A stretch of 64,000 bases of DNA from Acidobacteriota bacterium. Its GTDB lineage: Bacteria > Acidobacteriota > UBA6911 > RPQK01 > JAJDTT01. Below are positions 27,817-36,599 of the stretch, piece by piece. The translations under genes and the position numbers were made by a program. The notes beneath the pieces are model-generated. The model was not told the origin of the DNA. It ran no database searches and saw only the letters and a list, made by a program, of their open reading frames with translations. The stretch lies in NCBI GenBank assembly GCA_965217775.1, contig CBDCJH010000002.1, positions 4,448,001-4,512,000 on the forward strand. Direction: 5' to 3'. How positions within the stretch are numbered: the stretch's first letter is position 1; the number at the start of each line of letters is the position of its first letter.

Positions 27817-27974
27817 CAGTCCGTGGCGAAAGTCCCGCGAGCACCGAGACCGTTCCTGCGCCCGCCGGACAAGGCGCGATGAGGGAGCATACCGGGAGTA
27901 TGTGACCGAGTCGCAACGCAGTCCGCCGGGATGCAGGGACGGTCGAATGCCGTGACGACTTTTGCCACGGGCTG
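27817..27974 (+). mobile_element. 158-bp palindromic MITE-like element, family A, copy 3
   Basis: Flanked by CTAG at 27813-27816 and 27975-27978; shares the central CTAG with the family B copy. Confidence 0.88.
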
Positions 27975-27986
27975 CTAGGGCCGCGG

Positions 27987-29177
27987 TTACCAATCGCCTC
28001 TCTCGAGGAAGCGGCAGATCCGCTCCATCGCCGGCTCCAGTACGGAATAGCCGGGAGCCGTACAGATGCGGAAAGATCCGCCTCCGCCTCGACCGAAGGC
28101 CACTCCCGGAGCCACCGCCACCTTGCTCCGCCGGAGGAGCGCCAAGGCGAAGGCGAAGGAATCTTCCAGTCCCTGGACGGTGGGGAAGACGTAGAAGGCT
28201 CCGGCCGGCTTCAGCACCGAGACCGAATCCAGAGCAGCCAGGGCCTGGAAACAGTACTCGTTGCGCTCCTTGAGCTTTTCCACCATCTCCGGGATCCCGT
28301 CGTCCCGGTGGCGGAGCGCCAACTCGCCGGCCCGCTGGATCATGGAAGCGGCATGGGAAACGATGAATTCGTTGATCTGGGCGCCCTTGGAAATGAAGTC
28401 CCGGCGCGAGACCACCCATCCCAGGCGCCAGCCCGTCATGCAGTAGCTCTTGGAGAAGGATTGGGCTACCACCACCGCGTCGGACCGGTCGGCGATCCGC
28501 AGGATCGAAGGGGCCGCCTCGCCATGGTAGTAGATGCGCTCGTAGACCTCGTCGGCCAGCAGCCACAAACCGTTGCGGCGGCAGAAATCCAGCAGTCGCT
28601 GCTGGTCCCTCGGAGACGCCACCCAGCCCAGGGGATTGGAGGGGGAGCTGTAGATGAGCAACCGGGTCCGAGGAGTCAGGGCAGACTCCAAGGCATCGAA
28701 ATCGGGGACGTAATGTCCTTCCCGCTGTAGAAACGGAACTTCTCGGGGGCGGCCGCTGAAGAGGCTGACTATGGCCGCAGCGTTGGGCCAATTGGGAGTC
28801 AGAAGCAACGCCTCGTCCCCCGGATTCAAGAGGCACCGGATCGACAGATTGAGGGCCTGGACGCCTGAAGCCGTCACCAGAATCTCCGACGCCGGGTCGA
28901 GCCGGACCTGATGGAGCTCGAGATACTTTTCGGCCAGGGCTTCCCGCAGACCGGGCAGACCCGAGTTCTCGGTATAGAAGGTGTATCCCTCCGCCATGGC
29001 CCGGCTCGCCGCCTCCTTGATGAATGCGGGTGTGGGCATGTCCGACTCGCCGAACTGGAGCCGGAGCACCCCCTCCATGGTGAAGGCCACGTCAGCCAAC
29101 TCCCGTATCTGGGAGGGCTTTACCTGAAACACGCTGGAAGCCAATCCTATGCCGTCGCCGGATCGAGGTTTTCGCAT
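27987..29177 (-). CDS. PLP-dependent aminotransferase class I/II
   Basis: FGESD, YTENSGLPGLRE, SPSNPLG, ADEVYE, SFSKSYCMTGWRLGW, GAFY, APGVAFG. Confidence 0.95.
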   Translation of the reverse strand: MRKPRSGDGIGLASSVFQVKPSQIRELADVAFTMEGVLRLQFGESDMPTPAFIKEAASRAMAEGYTFYTENSGLPGLREALAEKYLELHQVRLDPASEILVTASGVQALNLSIRCLLNPGDEALLLTPNWPNAAAIVSLFSGRPREVPFLQREGHYVPDFDALESALTPRTRLLIYSSPSNPLGWVASPRDQQRLLDFCRRNGLWLLADEVYERIYYHGEAAPSILRIADRSDAVVVAQSFSKSYCMTGWRLGWVVSRRDFISKGAQINEFIVSHAASMIQRAGELALRHRDDGIPEMVEKLKERNEYCFQALAALDSVSVLKPAGAFYVFPTVQGLEDSFAFALALLRRSKVAVAPGVAFGRGGGGSFRICTAPGYSVLEPAMERICRFLERGDW

Positions 29178-29279
29178 ATTTCGGCGCCAGTCTACTACGG
29201 CGGCGGCGGTCTTGGGTCAAATGACTTGCAGTAGATTGACACGGCATCCCGTCTGGTCCAGGCTTCGGGTCAATCCACA

Positions 29280-29954
29280 ATGGAGCTTTTCACCGTTTCC
29301 CCATCCTGCCGGAAAATGGGCCTCCACTCTCGTGCAATTCTCTTCCGGGAGGTCTCGATCCGGCCCTCGCCACCCGACTTCCCGGAGCGGGTCCGCCGGG
29401 TCGCGGAGGATCTCCGGTCTCGTTTTCCCACCCCCCGGTCGGTCCGGGAGTCGGCCCCGATGGTGGAGCTGCATTCCATCTTCAGAAAGGTGGGAGTCAA
29501 CCCCCGCAAGCTGCAGCCCTCCTGTGAAAGGCTGGTGCAGTTGGCCCTGAAGCGGGGCGCCATTCCAGCCATCAACAACCTGGTGGACACCTACAACCTG
29601 GTGAGCCTCAGGTGGAACTGTTCCCTGGGAGCCCACGATCTGGACCGCCTGACCCCGCCGGTCCAGCTCCGAATCCTGAAAGGAGACGAAGCCTTCGTCC
29701 CCCTGGGCAGCCGGAAGCCGGAACCCTTCGGGCGCGGCGAATTCGGGTACGTGGACGCCGAGAATCGCTTGATCTGCCGTTTGGACGTCCGTCAGGCCGA
29801 CTTCAGCAAGATCACGCCCGAAACCGGTAACGTACTGCTCATCGTGGGCGCCACCCGGGCTCCGGACCCCGGTGACGTGGATCGGATCCTGGCCGAGACC
29901 GTGGACCGGGTCACGGAGGCCTGTGGAGGCCGCGGCCGGATCCTGGCGGATTGA
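29280..29954 (+). CDS. Stand-alone B3/4 domain protein (PheRS-beta-like tRNA editing domain)
   Basis: FRKVGVNPRK...PSCERL, IPAINNLVDTYNLVSL, GAHDLD, GDEAFVPLG, ICR...RQADFSKIT. Confidence 0.88.
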   Translation: MELFTVSPSCRKMGLHSRAILFREVSIRPSPPDFPERVRRVAEDLRSRFPTPRSVRESAPMVELHSIFRKVGVNPRKLQPSCERLVQLALKRGAIPAINNLVDTYNLVSLRWNCSLGAHDLDRLTPPVQLRILKGDEAFVPLGSRKPEPFGRGEFGYVDAENRLICRLDVRQADFSKITPETGNVLLIVGATRAPDPGDVDRILAETVDRVTEACGGRGRILAD

Positions 29955-29960
29955 TCGGGT

Positions 29961-30794
29961 ATGACCAGCTTTCGAGATTTCGAGCACGAACGGTGGCAGG
30001 AGGCCGTCGAGACCTACGCCGGCTTCTGGGCCGGCCTGACCCGCCAGACCATCCGGCCTCTACTGGACGCCCTCGAAGTCTCCCCGGAAACCCACCTCCT
30101 CGACGTGAGCTGCGGAACCGGGCACGTCGCCGCGGCGGCGGCCTCGAAGGGAGCCTCGGTGGTCGGGATCGACTTCTCCTGCGCCATGCTGACTCGTGCC
30201 CGCAGGCTCCACCCCACTCTGGACTTCCGGCTGGGCGACGCCGAGGAACTGGAATTCCCGGATGAGAGCTTCGATGCCGTCGCCATCAACTTCGGCATGC
30301 TCCACTTCCAACATCCCGAGCGAGCCCTGGCCCAGGCTCACCGCGTGCTCCATCCGGGAGGACGAGCCGCCTATACCGTCTGGTCCCCTCCCGACCAGTC
30401 CCGGGCCTTCGAGGTCGTCTACGGCTCCATCCACGATTACGGCACCCTGGAAGTCCCGCTGCCGCCCGGGCCTCCCTTCTTCCGGTTCAGCGACCCGGAG
30501 GAGTCGCGCCGTATTTTGTTGGAAACCGGGTTCCGGGAGCCGCGAATCGAGTCACTCCGGCTGACGTGGAGAGTGCCTTCGGCGGCGGCACTCCTGCGGG
30601 CGTTCGAGGAGGGGACGGCCCGCACCGGTCCCACGCTGTTGGCGCAGAGACCGGAGGATCTGGTCCGTATCCGCAACGCCATCCTGGAGCGGGCTACGGC
30701 CTACGAAGGCGATGGTGGACTGGAAGTCCCCATGGTGGCCGTCCTCTGCCGGGGACGAAAGGAGAGTGGCCCATGTTTCGCAGACGATTCCTGA
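29961..30794 (+). CDS. Class I SAM-dependent methyltransferase
   Basis: LLDVSCGTG, GIDFS, GDAEELEFPDESFDAV, HRVLHPGG. Confidence 0.92.
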   Translation: MTSFRDFEHERWQEAVETYAGFWAGLTRQTIRPLLDALEVSPETHLLDVSCGTGHVAAAAASKGASVVGIDFSCAMLTRARRLHPTLDFRLGDAEELEFPDESFDAVAINFGMLHFQHPERALAQAHRVLHPGGRAAYTVWSPPDQSRAFEVVYGSIHDYGTLEVPLPPGPPFFRFSDPEESRRILLETGFREPRIESLRLTWRVPSAAALLRAFEEGTARTGPTLLAQRPEDLVRIRNAILERATAYEGDGGLEVPMVAVLCRGRKESGPCFADDS

Positions 30795-32539
30795 AGAGCA
30801 CCCTGGCCGGTCTTGCCGCCGGATCGGGCGGTCTGACTCGCACTCGAGGCCAGAACCCGCCGCCGGGTTCCCGGGTTGCGACCGCCGGGGATGCCATCCA
30901 ACTCTCCCCGAGTCATTTGGCGGCGGTGAACCGGCGGAGGCGCGTGGCCAAGAACTTCGATGTCCTCTTGTTGGACCCGGACCAGTATGAGAGCGTCGAC
31001 GCCCTTCTGGAGCACCGGTTCACCTTTATCGACGATCCCGGCTCCTGCATCGACAGCGTCTGGTGGAACTGGGGCGAAGGCAACGTGGTCCCCTATCCGA
31101 GCAATTTCCTCCCCAAGTACAACCAGCCCGGCTTCCAGCGGTGGCTTCGGGAAGGGGTGGACATCGTCCGAATCTTCCAGGACGAGACCCGCAAGCGGGG
31201 TCTGGAGGTGTTCTTCAGCCACCGCATGAACGGGTCGGACAACGATCCCCAGTACATCCCCGGACGGGGCACCTTCAGCGACGACATGAGCCGGCAGAAC
31301 CCCATCCCGCTCAAGCAGCAGCATCCCGACTGGCTCCTGCCGGCGCCCTGGAACCCCAACGGGTACTGGAACTACGCCGTTCAGGGGGTCCGCGACTACG
31401 TCTTCCGAAAACTGAAGGAGGTCGCCGAGGAGTATGAGTTCGACGGGATCGAGCTGGACTTCGCCCGCATGAGCATCCTCTTTCCGGAAGGCCGGGCCTG
31501 GGAGAATCGTTCTCACCTGACCGAGCTCATCCGAAGGCTGCGCCATATGACGCTGCAGGTGGAGCGCCGCCGGGGACGCCCTTTCCTGCTGGCGGCCCGG
31601 GTGCCGGAGAATCTCATGGGATGCCATTTCGACGGACTGGACGTGGAGACCTGGATCCGGGATCAGCTCCTGGACCTGGTGGTCCTGGGCTGCAGGAACT
31701 TCCAGGTGGACGTGCCCGCCTTTCGAACGATTGTGGGAGACCGCCCCGTCAAGCTCCTCTGCGCCCTGGACGAGCACCACGCCTCCGACGGTTACGCGGC
31801 CGCGCCCATCGAGGTGCTGCGGGGGGTCTGGTCCAACTGGTACCACCAGGGCGCCGACGGGCTTCAATCCTTCAACTTCAAATACGCTCCGGACCCCGGC
31901 GAACGGCACTGGTCCAACCACCGGCAGGCCTTCCGGGAGATGGGCGAACCCGGGAGGCTCCGCTTCCTGGACAAGACCTTCGTGGTCCAGCGCCGGGGCG
32001 GGGGCCACGGTCCCAGCGTCATCCCCGACCCTCACGAGTGGTCGACGCCCACCCTCTTCTACTTCAACACCAATCTGATGGCCCCCCTGCCGGCGCCCCT
32101 GGACAACGCCGGCCGTACAGCGAAATTGCTCACCCTCTACGTGGGAGACGACGTGCCCGGCGTCTCGGAACGGGTCTCCCTCCTGCGCCTCAGACTCCTG
32201 CTGAACGACCCGGAGACGGGGAACACGCCCGAGTCGGAGAAGATGGATCCGGTTCAGGTTCGGGACCGCATCGTTCCCGAACGCGTGGGCGGTCCCGGTC
32301 CGGCGCCGATCCGGACCAATCCCCCGCGGCACGGAATCGAGCAGAGGATACGAGTCCGTCTGAACAACCTCCCCCTGGGTCCGGGCAAGGTGCGCTCAGG
32401 GTGGCTGGATTACCCGGTTCGGCCCAACCAACTGGCTCTGGGCGAGAACCTTGTGGACATCCGGGTGACGGGACGGGCCACCGGATGTGTCTCGCCGATC
32501 CTGGTCGAGAAGCTGGAACTGGACGTGAAGTACGGGTGA
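30773..32539 (+). CDS. Tat-exported glycoside-hydrolase-like TIM-barrel protein (GHL10/DUF187-like)
   Basis: RRRFLK Tat motif, SHRMN, HPDW, WNYA...VRD, FDGIELDF, GLDVETW, GADGLQSFNF; AAGGAG RBS. Confidence 0.7.
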   Translation: MFRRRFLKSTLAGLAAGSGGLTRTRGQNPPPGSRVATAGDAIQLSPSHLAAVNRRRRVAKNFDVLLLDPDQYESVDALLEHRFTFIDDPGSCIDSVWWNWGEGNVVPYPSNFLPKYNQPGFQRWLREGVDIVRIFQDETRKRGLEVFFSHRMNGSDNDPQYIPGRGTFSDDMSRQNPIPLKQQHPDWLLPAPWNPNGYWNYAVQGVRDYVFRKLKEVAEEYEFDGIELDFARMSILFPEGRAWENRSHLTELIRRLRHMTLQVERRRGRPFLLAARVPENLMGCHFDGLDVETWIRDQLLDLVVLGCRNFQVDVPAFRTIVGDRPVKLLCALDEHHASDGYAAAPIEVLRGVWSNWYHQGADGLQSFNFKYAPDPGERHWSNHRQAFREMGEPGRLRFLDKTFVVQRRGGGHGPSVIPDPHEWSTPTLFYFNTNLMAPLPAPLDNAGRTAKLLTLYVGDDVPGVSERVSLLRLRLLLNDPETGNTPESEKMDPVQVRDRIVPERVGGPGPAPIRTNPPRHGIEQRIRVRLNNLPLGPGKVRSGWLDYPVRPNQLALGENLVDIRVTGRATGCVSPILVEKLELDVKYG

Positions 32540-32540
32540 G

Positions 32541-32578
32541 TTGACAGTTTTGTATCGACTCTTGATACTATCGTATCC
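32541..32578 (+). promoter_or_regulatory. Promoter and palindromic operator of the molybdate regulator operon
   Basis: TTGACA (32541-46); GATACT at 17 nt or TGa-TACTAT 7 nt before the ATG; inverted repeats GTATC-N7-GATAC and GATAC-N4-GTATC. Confidence 0.7.
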
Positions 32579-33610
32579 ATGAGAAACAGTCTGTCCCGCC
32601 GTCGCCGACGTCTGGACTGGTCCCAGCAGGAGCTGGCCCGGCGCTCCGGCCTCTCCCGCGCCGCCATCAGCGCCATCGAGACGGGCCGGGTCATTCCTTC
32701 CACCGCGGCCGCACTCTCCCTGGCCCGCGCCTTCGACTGCTCCGTCGAGGAACTTTTCAGCCTGGGAGAGATCGAGGGCCCGCGCATCCGCTGGGCGTGG
32801 GAGCCCCGGCGGCAACGGGGTCGATTCTGGCAGGCCAGAGTCGGGGGCAGGACCCTGGTCTTTCCCACCGAGTGGACGCTGGCGGGCAGCCTGCGCCACG
32901 ACGGCGTCCATGGAGAGAAACAGCTCGAGCTGACCCGGACCTCGGACCCGGAGAAGACCCTGGTCCTCGCCGGATGCGACCCGTCGGTGGGTCTCCTCTC
33001 CTCCCACGTCCGGGCCGATTGCGGTCTGCGGGTCCTTCCCCTGATCCGCTCCAGCCGGGAAGCGATCCGGCTTCTGGGGCGGGGCCTGGTGCACGCGGCG
33101 GGCCTTCATTTCGACCGTGCCGAGAACCTCCGCGCCGCCCGCGAGGTCCTGGGGGAGAACTTCCATCTCGTCCGTGTGGCTCGATGGGAGGCGGGCGTGG
33201 CCCTGGACCCCGCTCAAAAGGCGGCTTCAGTCCGGGAAGTCCTGGCCTCGAACCTGCGCTGGGTCGGCCGGGAGGAGGGCTCGGCCGCGCGGCAATGCCT
33301 GGATCAGATCCTGGGATCGGGGGAGAAGCCCACCGGTTACCACCACACCGCCCGCGATCATCACGGAGTCAGCGAGACCATTCGGACCGGCTGGGCCCAG
33401 GCCGGGATCTGCGTCCGCCTGCCGGCACAGGAACGGGGCCTGCGCTTCCTCAAGGTCCGGGAGGAGAGCTACGACCTCTGCTACCGGGCCGACCTGGAGG
33501 CCACACTTCCCATCCGGAGTCTCCTGGAGGTCCTTCGCTCCCGGTCCTATCGATACGATCTGCAGCAACTTCCCGGCTACGAGGCCGCCGGCGCCGGAGA
33601 CCGGATCTAG
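32579..33610 (+). CDS. XRE-HTH plus PBP (molybdate-binding-type) transcriptional regulator
   Basis: WSQQELARRSGLSRAAISAIETG HTH; AGCDPS, SSREA, HAAGLH, REEGSAAR, ESYDL, LPGY. Confidence 0.88.
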   Translation: MRNSLSRRRRRLDWSQQELARRSGLSRAAISAIETGRVIPSTAAALSLARAFDCSVEELFSLGEIEGPRIRWAWEPRRQRGRFWQARVGGRTLVFPTEWTLAGSLRHDGVHGEKQLELTRTSDPEKTLVLAGCDPSVGLLSSHVRADCGLRVLPLIRSSREAIRLLGRGLVHAAGLHFDRAENLRAAREVLGENFHLVRVARWEAGVALDPAQKAASVREVLASNLRWVGREEGSAARQCLDQILGSGEKPTGYHHTARDHHGVSETIRTGWAQAGICVRLPAQERGLRFLKVREESYDLCYRADLEATLPIRSLLEVLRSRSYRYDLQQLPGYEAAGAGDRI

Positions 33611-33630
33611 AAGGCACAGCGCACCACGAC

Positions 33631-34491
33631 ATGCAGATATCTTTCCTCCCTGTTTGCCTCCGTGTCGTCGCCGCCGTCTTCTTTGCCGCCGCGACCGCGG
33701 CTTGCGGCTCCCGCGACGAGAGCCCGACTCCCATCCTCTTCTTCGCGGCGGCCAGCACTCAGGATGCCGTCCGGGAGATCTCCAGCCGCTTCGAGGCCCG
33801 TAACCAGGTGCCGGTGACCCTCAACGTCGCCGCCTCGTCGACCTTGGCCCAACAGATTCTGGCCGGCGCCGGAAGCGACCTCTTCCTCTCCGCCAACGTC
33901 CGATGGGTGGAGGAGATCATGACGCAGGGCCTGGGTTCCCGGCGGCGGGACCTGTTGGGAAACCGGCTCGTGGTCATCGCCCCGACCGGGAGCGGTCTTC
34001 AGATCCGCGGACCCTCGGACCTGCTGAGTTCGAAAATCGTCCGGCTGAGTCTGGCCGATCCCGAGGGCGTCCCCGCGGGGATCTATGCCCGGGAGGCACT
34101 GCGGCGACTCGACCTGTGGCGGTCTCTCCAATCCAAGGTGGTGCGCAGTTCCGATGTCCGTCAAACGCTGTTCTTCGTCGAGCAAGGAGAGGCGGAGGCG
34201 GGCATCGTCTATTCCACCGACCTGCGCATCTCGGAGGCGGTGCAACCGCTCCTGGAACTCGACTCCGCCTTGAGCCGACCCATCGTTTACCCGTTGGTCC
34301 TCTTGGAATCTCCCGGCGACGCGGCCAGACGTTTTTTCGAGTACCTGCTCTCGCCGGAATCCGTTGAGGTCTTTCGGCGTTTCGGATTCTCGATCCTTTC
34401 GGATCAGGCGACCGGATTCAGGTCCGGGCTGCCGGCCGATCAGCAACCTCCCAGTCGGTCTGGAGAAACGACAGCGAGGATCCCATGCTGA
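33631..34491 (+). CDS. modA: Molybdate ABC transporter substrate-binding lipoprotein
   Basis: Lipobox TAAC, FAAAS, AASSTLAQQI, DLFLSAN, GNRLV, VPAGIYA, GIVYSTD, PIVYP. Confidence 0.95.
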   Translation: MQISFLPVCLRVVAAVFFAAATAACGSRDESPTPILFFAAASTQDAVREISSRFEARNQVPVTLNVAASSTLAQQILAGAGSDLFLSANVRWVEEIMTQGLGSRRRDLLGNRLVVIAPTGSGLQIRGPSDLLSSKIVRLSLADPEGVPAGIYAREALRRLDLWRSLQSKVVRSSDVRQTLFFVEQGEAEAGIVYSTDLRISEAVQPLLELDSALSRPIVYPLVLLESPGDAARRFFEYLLSPESVEVFRRFGFSILSDQATGFRSGLPADQQPPSRSGETTARIPC

Positions 34492-35171
34492 CCGAAGCGG
34501 AGTGGAACGCCGTGGTGACGAGCCTCAAGGTGGCCACCGCTTCCGTGGCGCTGGGACTGCCGTTCGCCATCGGCCTGGGCTATTTCCTGGCCCGTTGGCG
34601 ATCGGCCGGCAAGTGGCTCGTGGAGACGGTGGTGAACCTTCCCCTGGTGTTGCCGCCGGTGGTCACCGGCTATCTGCTCCTGCTCCTGATGGGACGAAAC
34701 GGCCCCTTGGGCCGACTGCTAGACGAGTTTCTGGGCTGGCGGGTCGTCTTCACCTGGTACGGCGCGGTGGCCGCAGGAGCCATCGTGAGCTTCCCCCTGA
34801 TGGTCCGGACGATTCAGGTCTCCTTCCGGAGCGTGGACACTCGCCTGGAGGAAGCCGCTCGGAGCCTGGGCCGGAGCCGTCTCTCCACCTTCTACCGGGT
34901 CAGCCTGCCGCTGGCCCTGTGGGGAATCGTGGCCGGCTCGGTGCTGGGCTTCGCCCGTACCCTGGGCGAGTTCGGCGCCACCATCATGGTGGCCGGCAAC
35001 ATTCCGGGACAGACCCAGACCATTCCCACCGCCATCTATTCCCTGGTCCAGAGTCCGGGCGGTGTGGAACGAAGCACGCGCCTGCTGGTGGTATCGATCC
35101 TGCTGGCCTGCGTCACGCTGGCCGCCAGCGAGATCCTGATACGGAGGCGAGAACGCCATGCGCTATCTTGA
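34485..35171 (+). CDS. modB: Molybdate ABC transporter permease
   Basis: LPLVLPPVVTGY, EEAARSLG (EAA loop), FARTLGEFGATIMVAGNIPGQT. Confidence 0.96.
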   Translation: MLTEAEWNAVVTSLKVATASVALGLPFAIGLGYFLARWRSAGKWLVETVVNLPLVLPPVVTGYLLLLLMGRNGPLGRLLDEFLGWRVVFTWYGAVAAGAIVSFPLMVRTIQVSFRSVDTRLEEAARSLGRSRLSTFYRVSLPLALWGIVAGSVLGFARTLGEFGATIMVAGNIPGQTQTIPTAIYSLVQSPGGVERSTRLLVVSILLACVTLAASEILIRRRERHALS

Positions 35172-35826
35172 CTTCCGGGCCAGCCACCGATTCTCCACCG
35201 GCTTCCGCCTGCAGGCCGAGTTTGAGACCGACCAATTGGTGACGGCTCTCTGCGGTCCCTCCGGCAGCGGGAAGACCACGATTCTGGAGATGATCGCGGG
35301 ACTGAAGCAACCCCAGCGGGGACGCATCGAGGTCGGCCGCAGGGTGGTCCTGGACCGGCAGCGGCGAATCATGGTGCCCCCCGAGCGGCGGCGAATCGGG
35401 TTCGTCTTCCAGGACCGCCGACTCTTTCCCCATCTCACCGTGGGGGGCAACCTCCGCTTCGGCCAGGGACCGAAGAATCCGCCGGGAACCGGGATCCGGT
35501 TCGACCGGCTGGTGGAGGTCCTGGACCTGGAGCACCTGCTGAAACGCTATCCCCGCAACCTTTCGGGCGGGGAGCAGCAACGGGTGGCGTTGGGCCGGGC
35601 GCTGCTGATCCACCCCGAATTCCTGCTTCTGGACGAACCCACGGCCGCCCTGGACGAGCCCCTGCGGGACCGCATCCTGGACTACATTGCGCGCGTCATC
35701 GAGGAGTGGCGGATCCCCACCCTGATCGTGAGCCACGTCCGGGAGGCCGTCCTCCGCCTGGCCAGCCGGACCATCCTGTTGAAGCAGGGCCGGATCGTGT
35801 CTTCCGGCTCGCCGTCGTTACTGTAG
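35158..35826 (+). CDS. modC: Molybdate ABC transporter ATPase (no C-terminal TOBE domain)
   Basis: GPSGSGKT, GFVFQD-RLFPHL, LSGGEQQRVALGRAL, LLDEP, VSH. Confidence 0.93.
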   Translation: MRYLDFRASHRFSTGFRLQAEFETDQLVTALCGPSGSGKTTILEMIAGLKQPQRGRIEVGRRVVLDRQRRIMVPPERRRIGFVFQDRRLFPHLTVGGNLRFGQGPKNPPGTGIRFDRLVEVLDLEHLLKRYPRNLSGGEQQRVALGRALLIHPEFLLLDEPTAALDEPLRDRILDYIARVIEEWRIPTLIVSHVREAVLRLASRTILLKQGRIVSSGSPSLL

Positions 35827-35978
35827 AAGAGGACGAAAACGGCCGGGCTTGAGGTGAGGGATCAAGAACTTCCCTCTCCCTCGCCGCAACCGCCGTTTCG
35901 CAAGATCAACTCTTTGGGACAATGGCATATACTAGCGGATACGAACATCGCTCGAATTTGCTTCCCAAGGAGATCGTC

Positions 35979-36599
35979 ATGAAATCTCTCCCCGAGGGCT
36001 ACTTCGCCGCACGAGGCCTCCGCGAAACTTCATTTGAATCGCTGAACCAGGCCTTGATGGTCGTTCTCGAACAGATGGAGCCGATGGTCTATGGCGACGC
36101 CACTCGGGAACTGCCGGCCGAGGAGCAAGCCGTCCTTCGTCAAGGCGGTTTGACCCTGGAGCCCCAGCCGGGCCCCGATCCACTGGCTCGGACCGTCGTC
36201 AAATATGCCGCCATCGTCGCACGGAGCCTCTCCAGCAAGGCCGTGAGCCGCAGGCTCGGACTGAGCCCAGGCCGAATTCGCCAGATGATCGCGGATCGAT
36301 CGTTGTACAGTTTCCTGATTGGCCGCCACCGGTACATTCCGGATTTCCAATTCCAGGGTAACCAGTTAGTGCCCAATATCGCTGCAGTCAACAAGGCGCT
36401 ACCCCCAGGTCTGCATCCTGTCGAGGTGTACAACTGGTATCACCTGCCGAACCTCAATCTGTTCCTGGATGAGAACATCGACGACACCGTCAGACCCCTG
36501 GACTGGCTGAAGGGAGGGTACGACGCCGAGCGAGTGGTGTTCCTCGCCAACAGCATGGACGGGCAACATGGCAAAGCTTCCCAGGACACCAGACCGTGA
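35979..36599 (+). CDS. HTH DNA-binding protein, probable antitoxin of the RES toxin (MbcA/Xre-like)
   Basis: LSSKAVSRRLGLSPGRIRQ HTH, YIPDFQF, LHPVEVYNWY, RPLDWL; AAGGAG RBS; overlaps the RES gene. Confidence 0.75.
   Translation: MKSLPEGYFAARGLRETSFESLNQALMVVLEQMEPMVYGDATRELPAEEQAVLRQGGLTLEPQPGPDPLARTVVKYAAIVARSLSSKAVSRRLGLSPGRIRQMIADRSLYSFLIGRHRYIPDFQFQGNQLVPNIAAVNKALPPGLHPVEVYNWYHLPNLNLFLDENIDDTVRPLDWLKGGYDAERVVFLANSMDGQHGKASQDTRP

Noticed and set aside
29178-29279. Guanidine riboswitch upstream of the B3/4 gene
   Set aside because: No twin ACGR-loop hairpins or ykkC-type consensus visible, and the gap is short
32797-33630. Apparent long N-terminal extension of ModA
   Set aside because: Alternative-frame overlap with the regulator gene; the signal peptide begins at 33631
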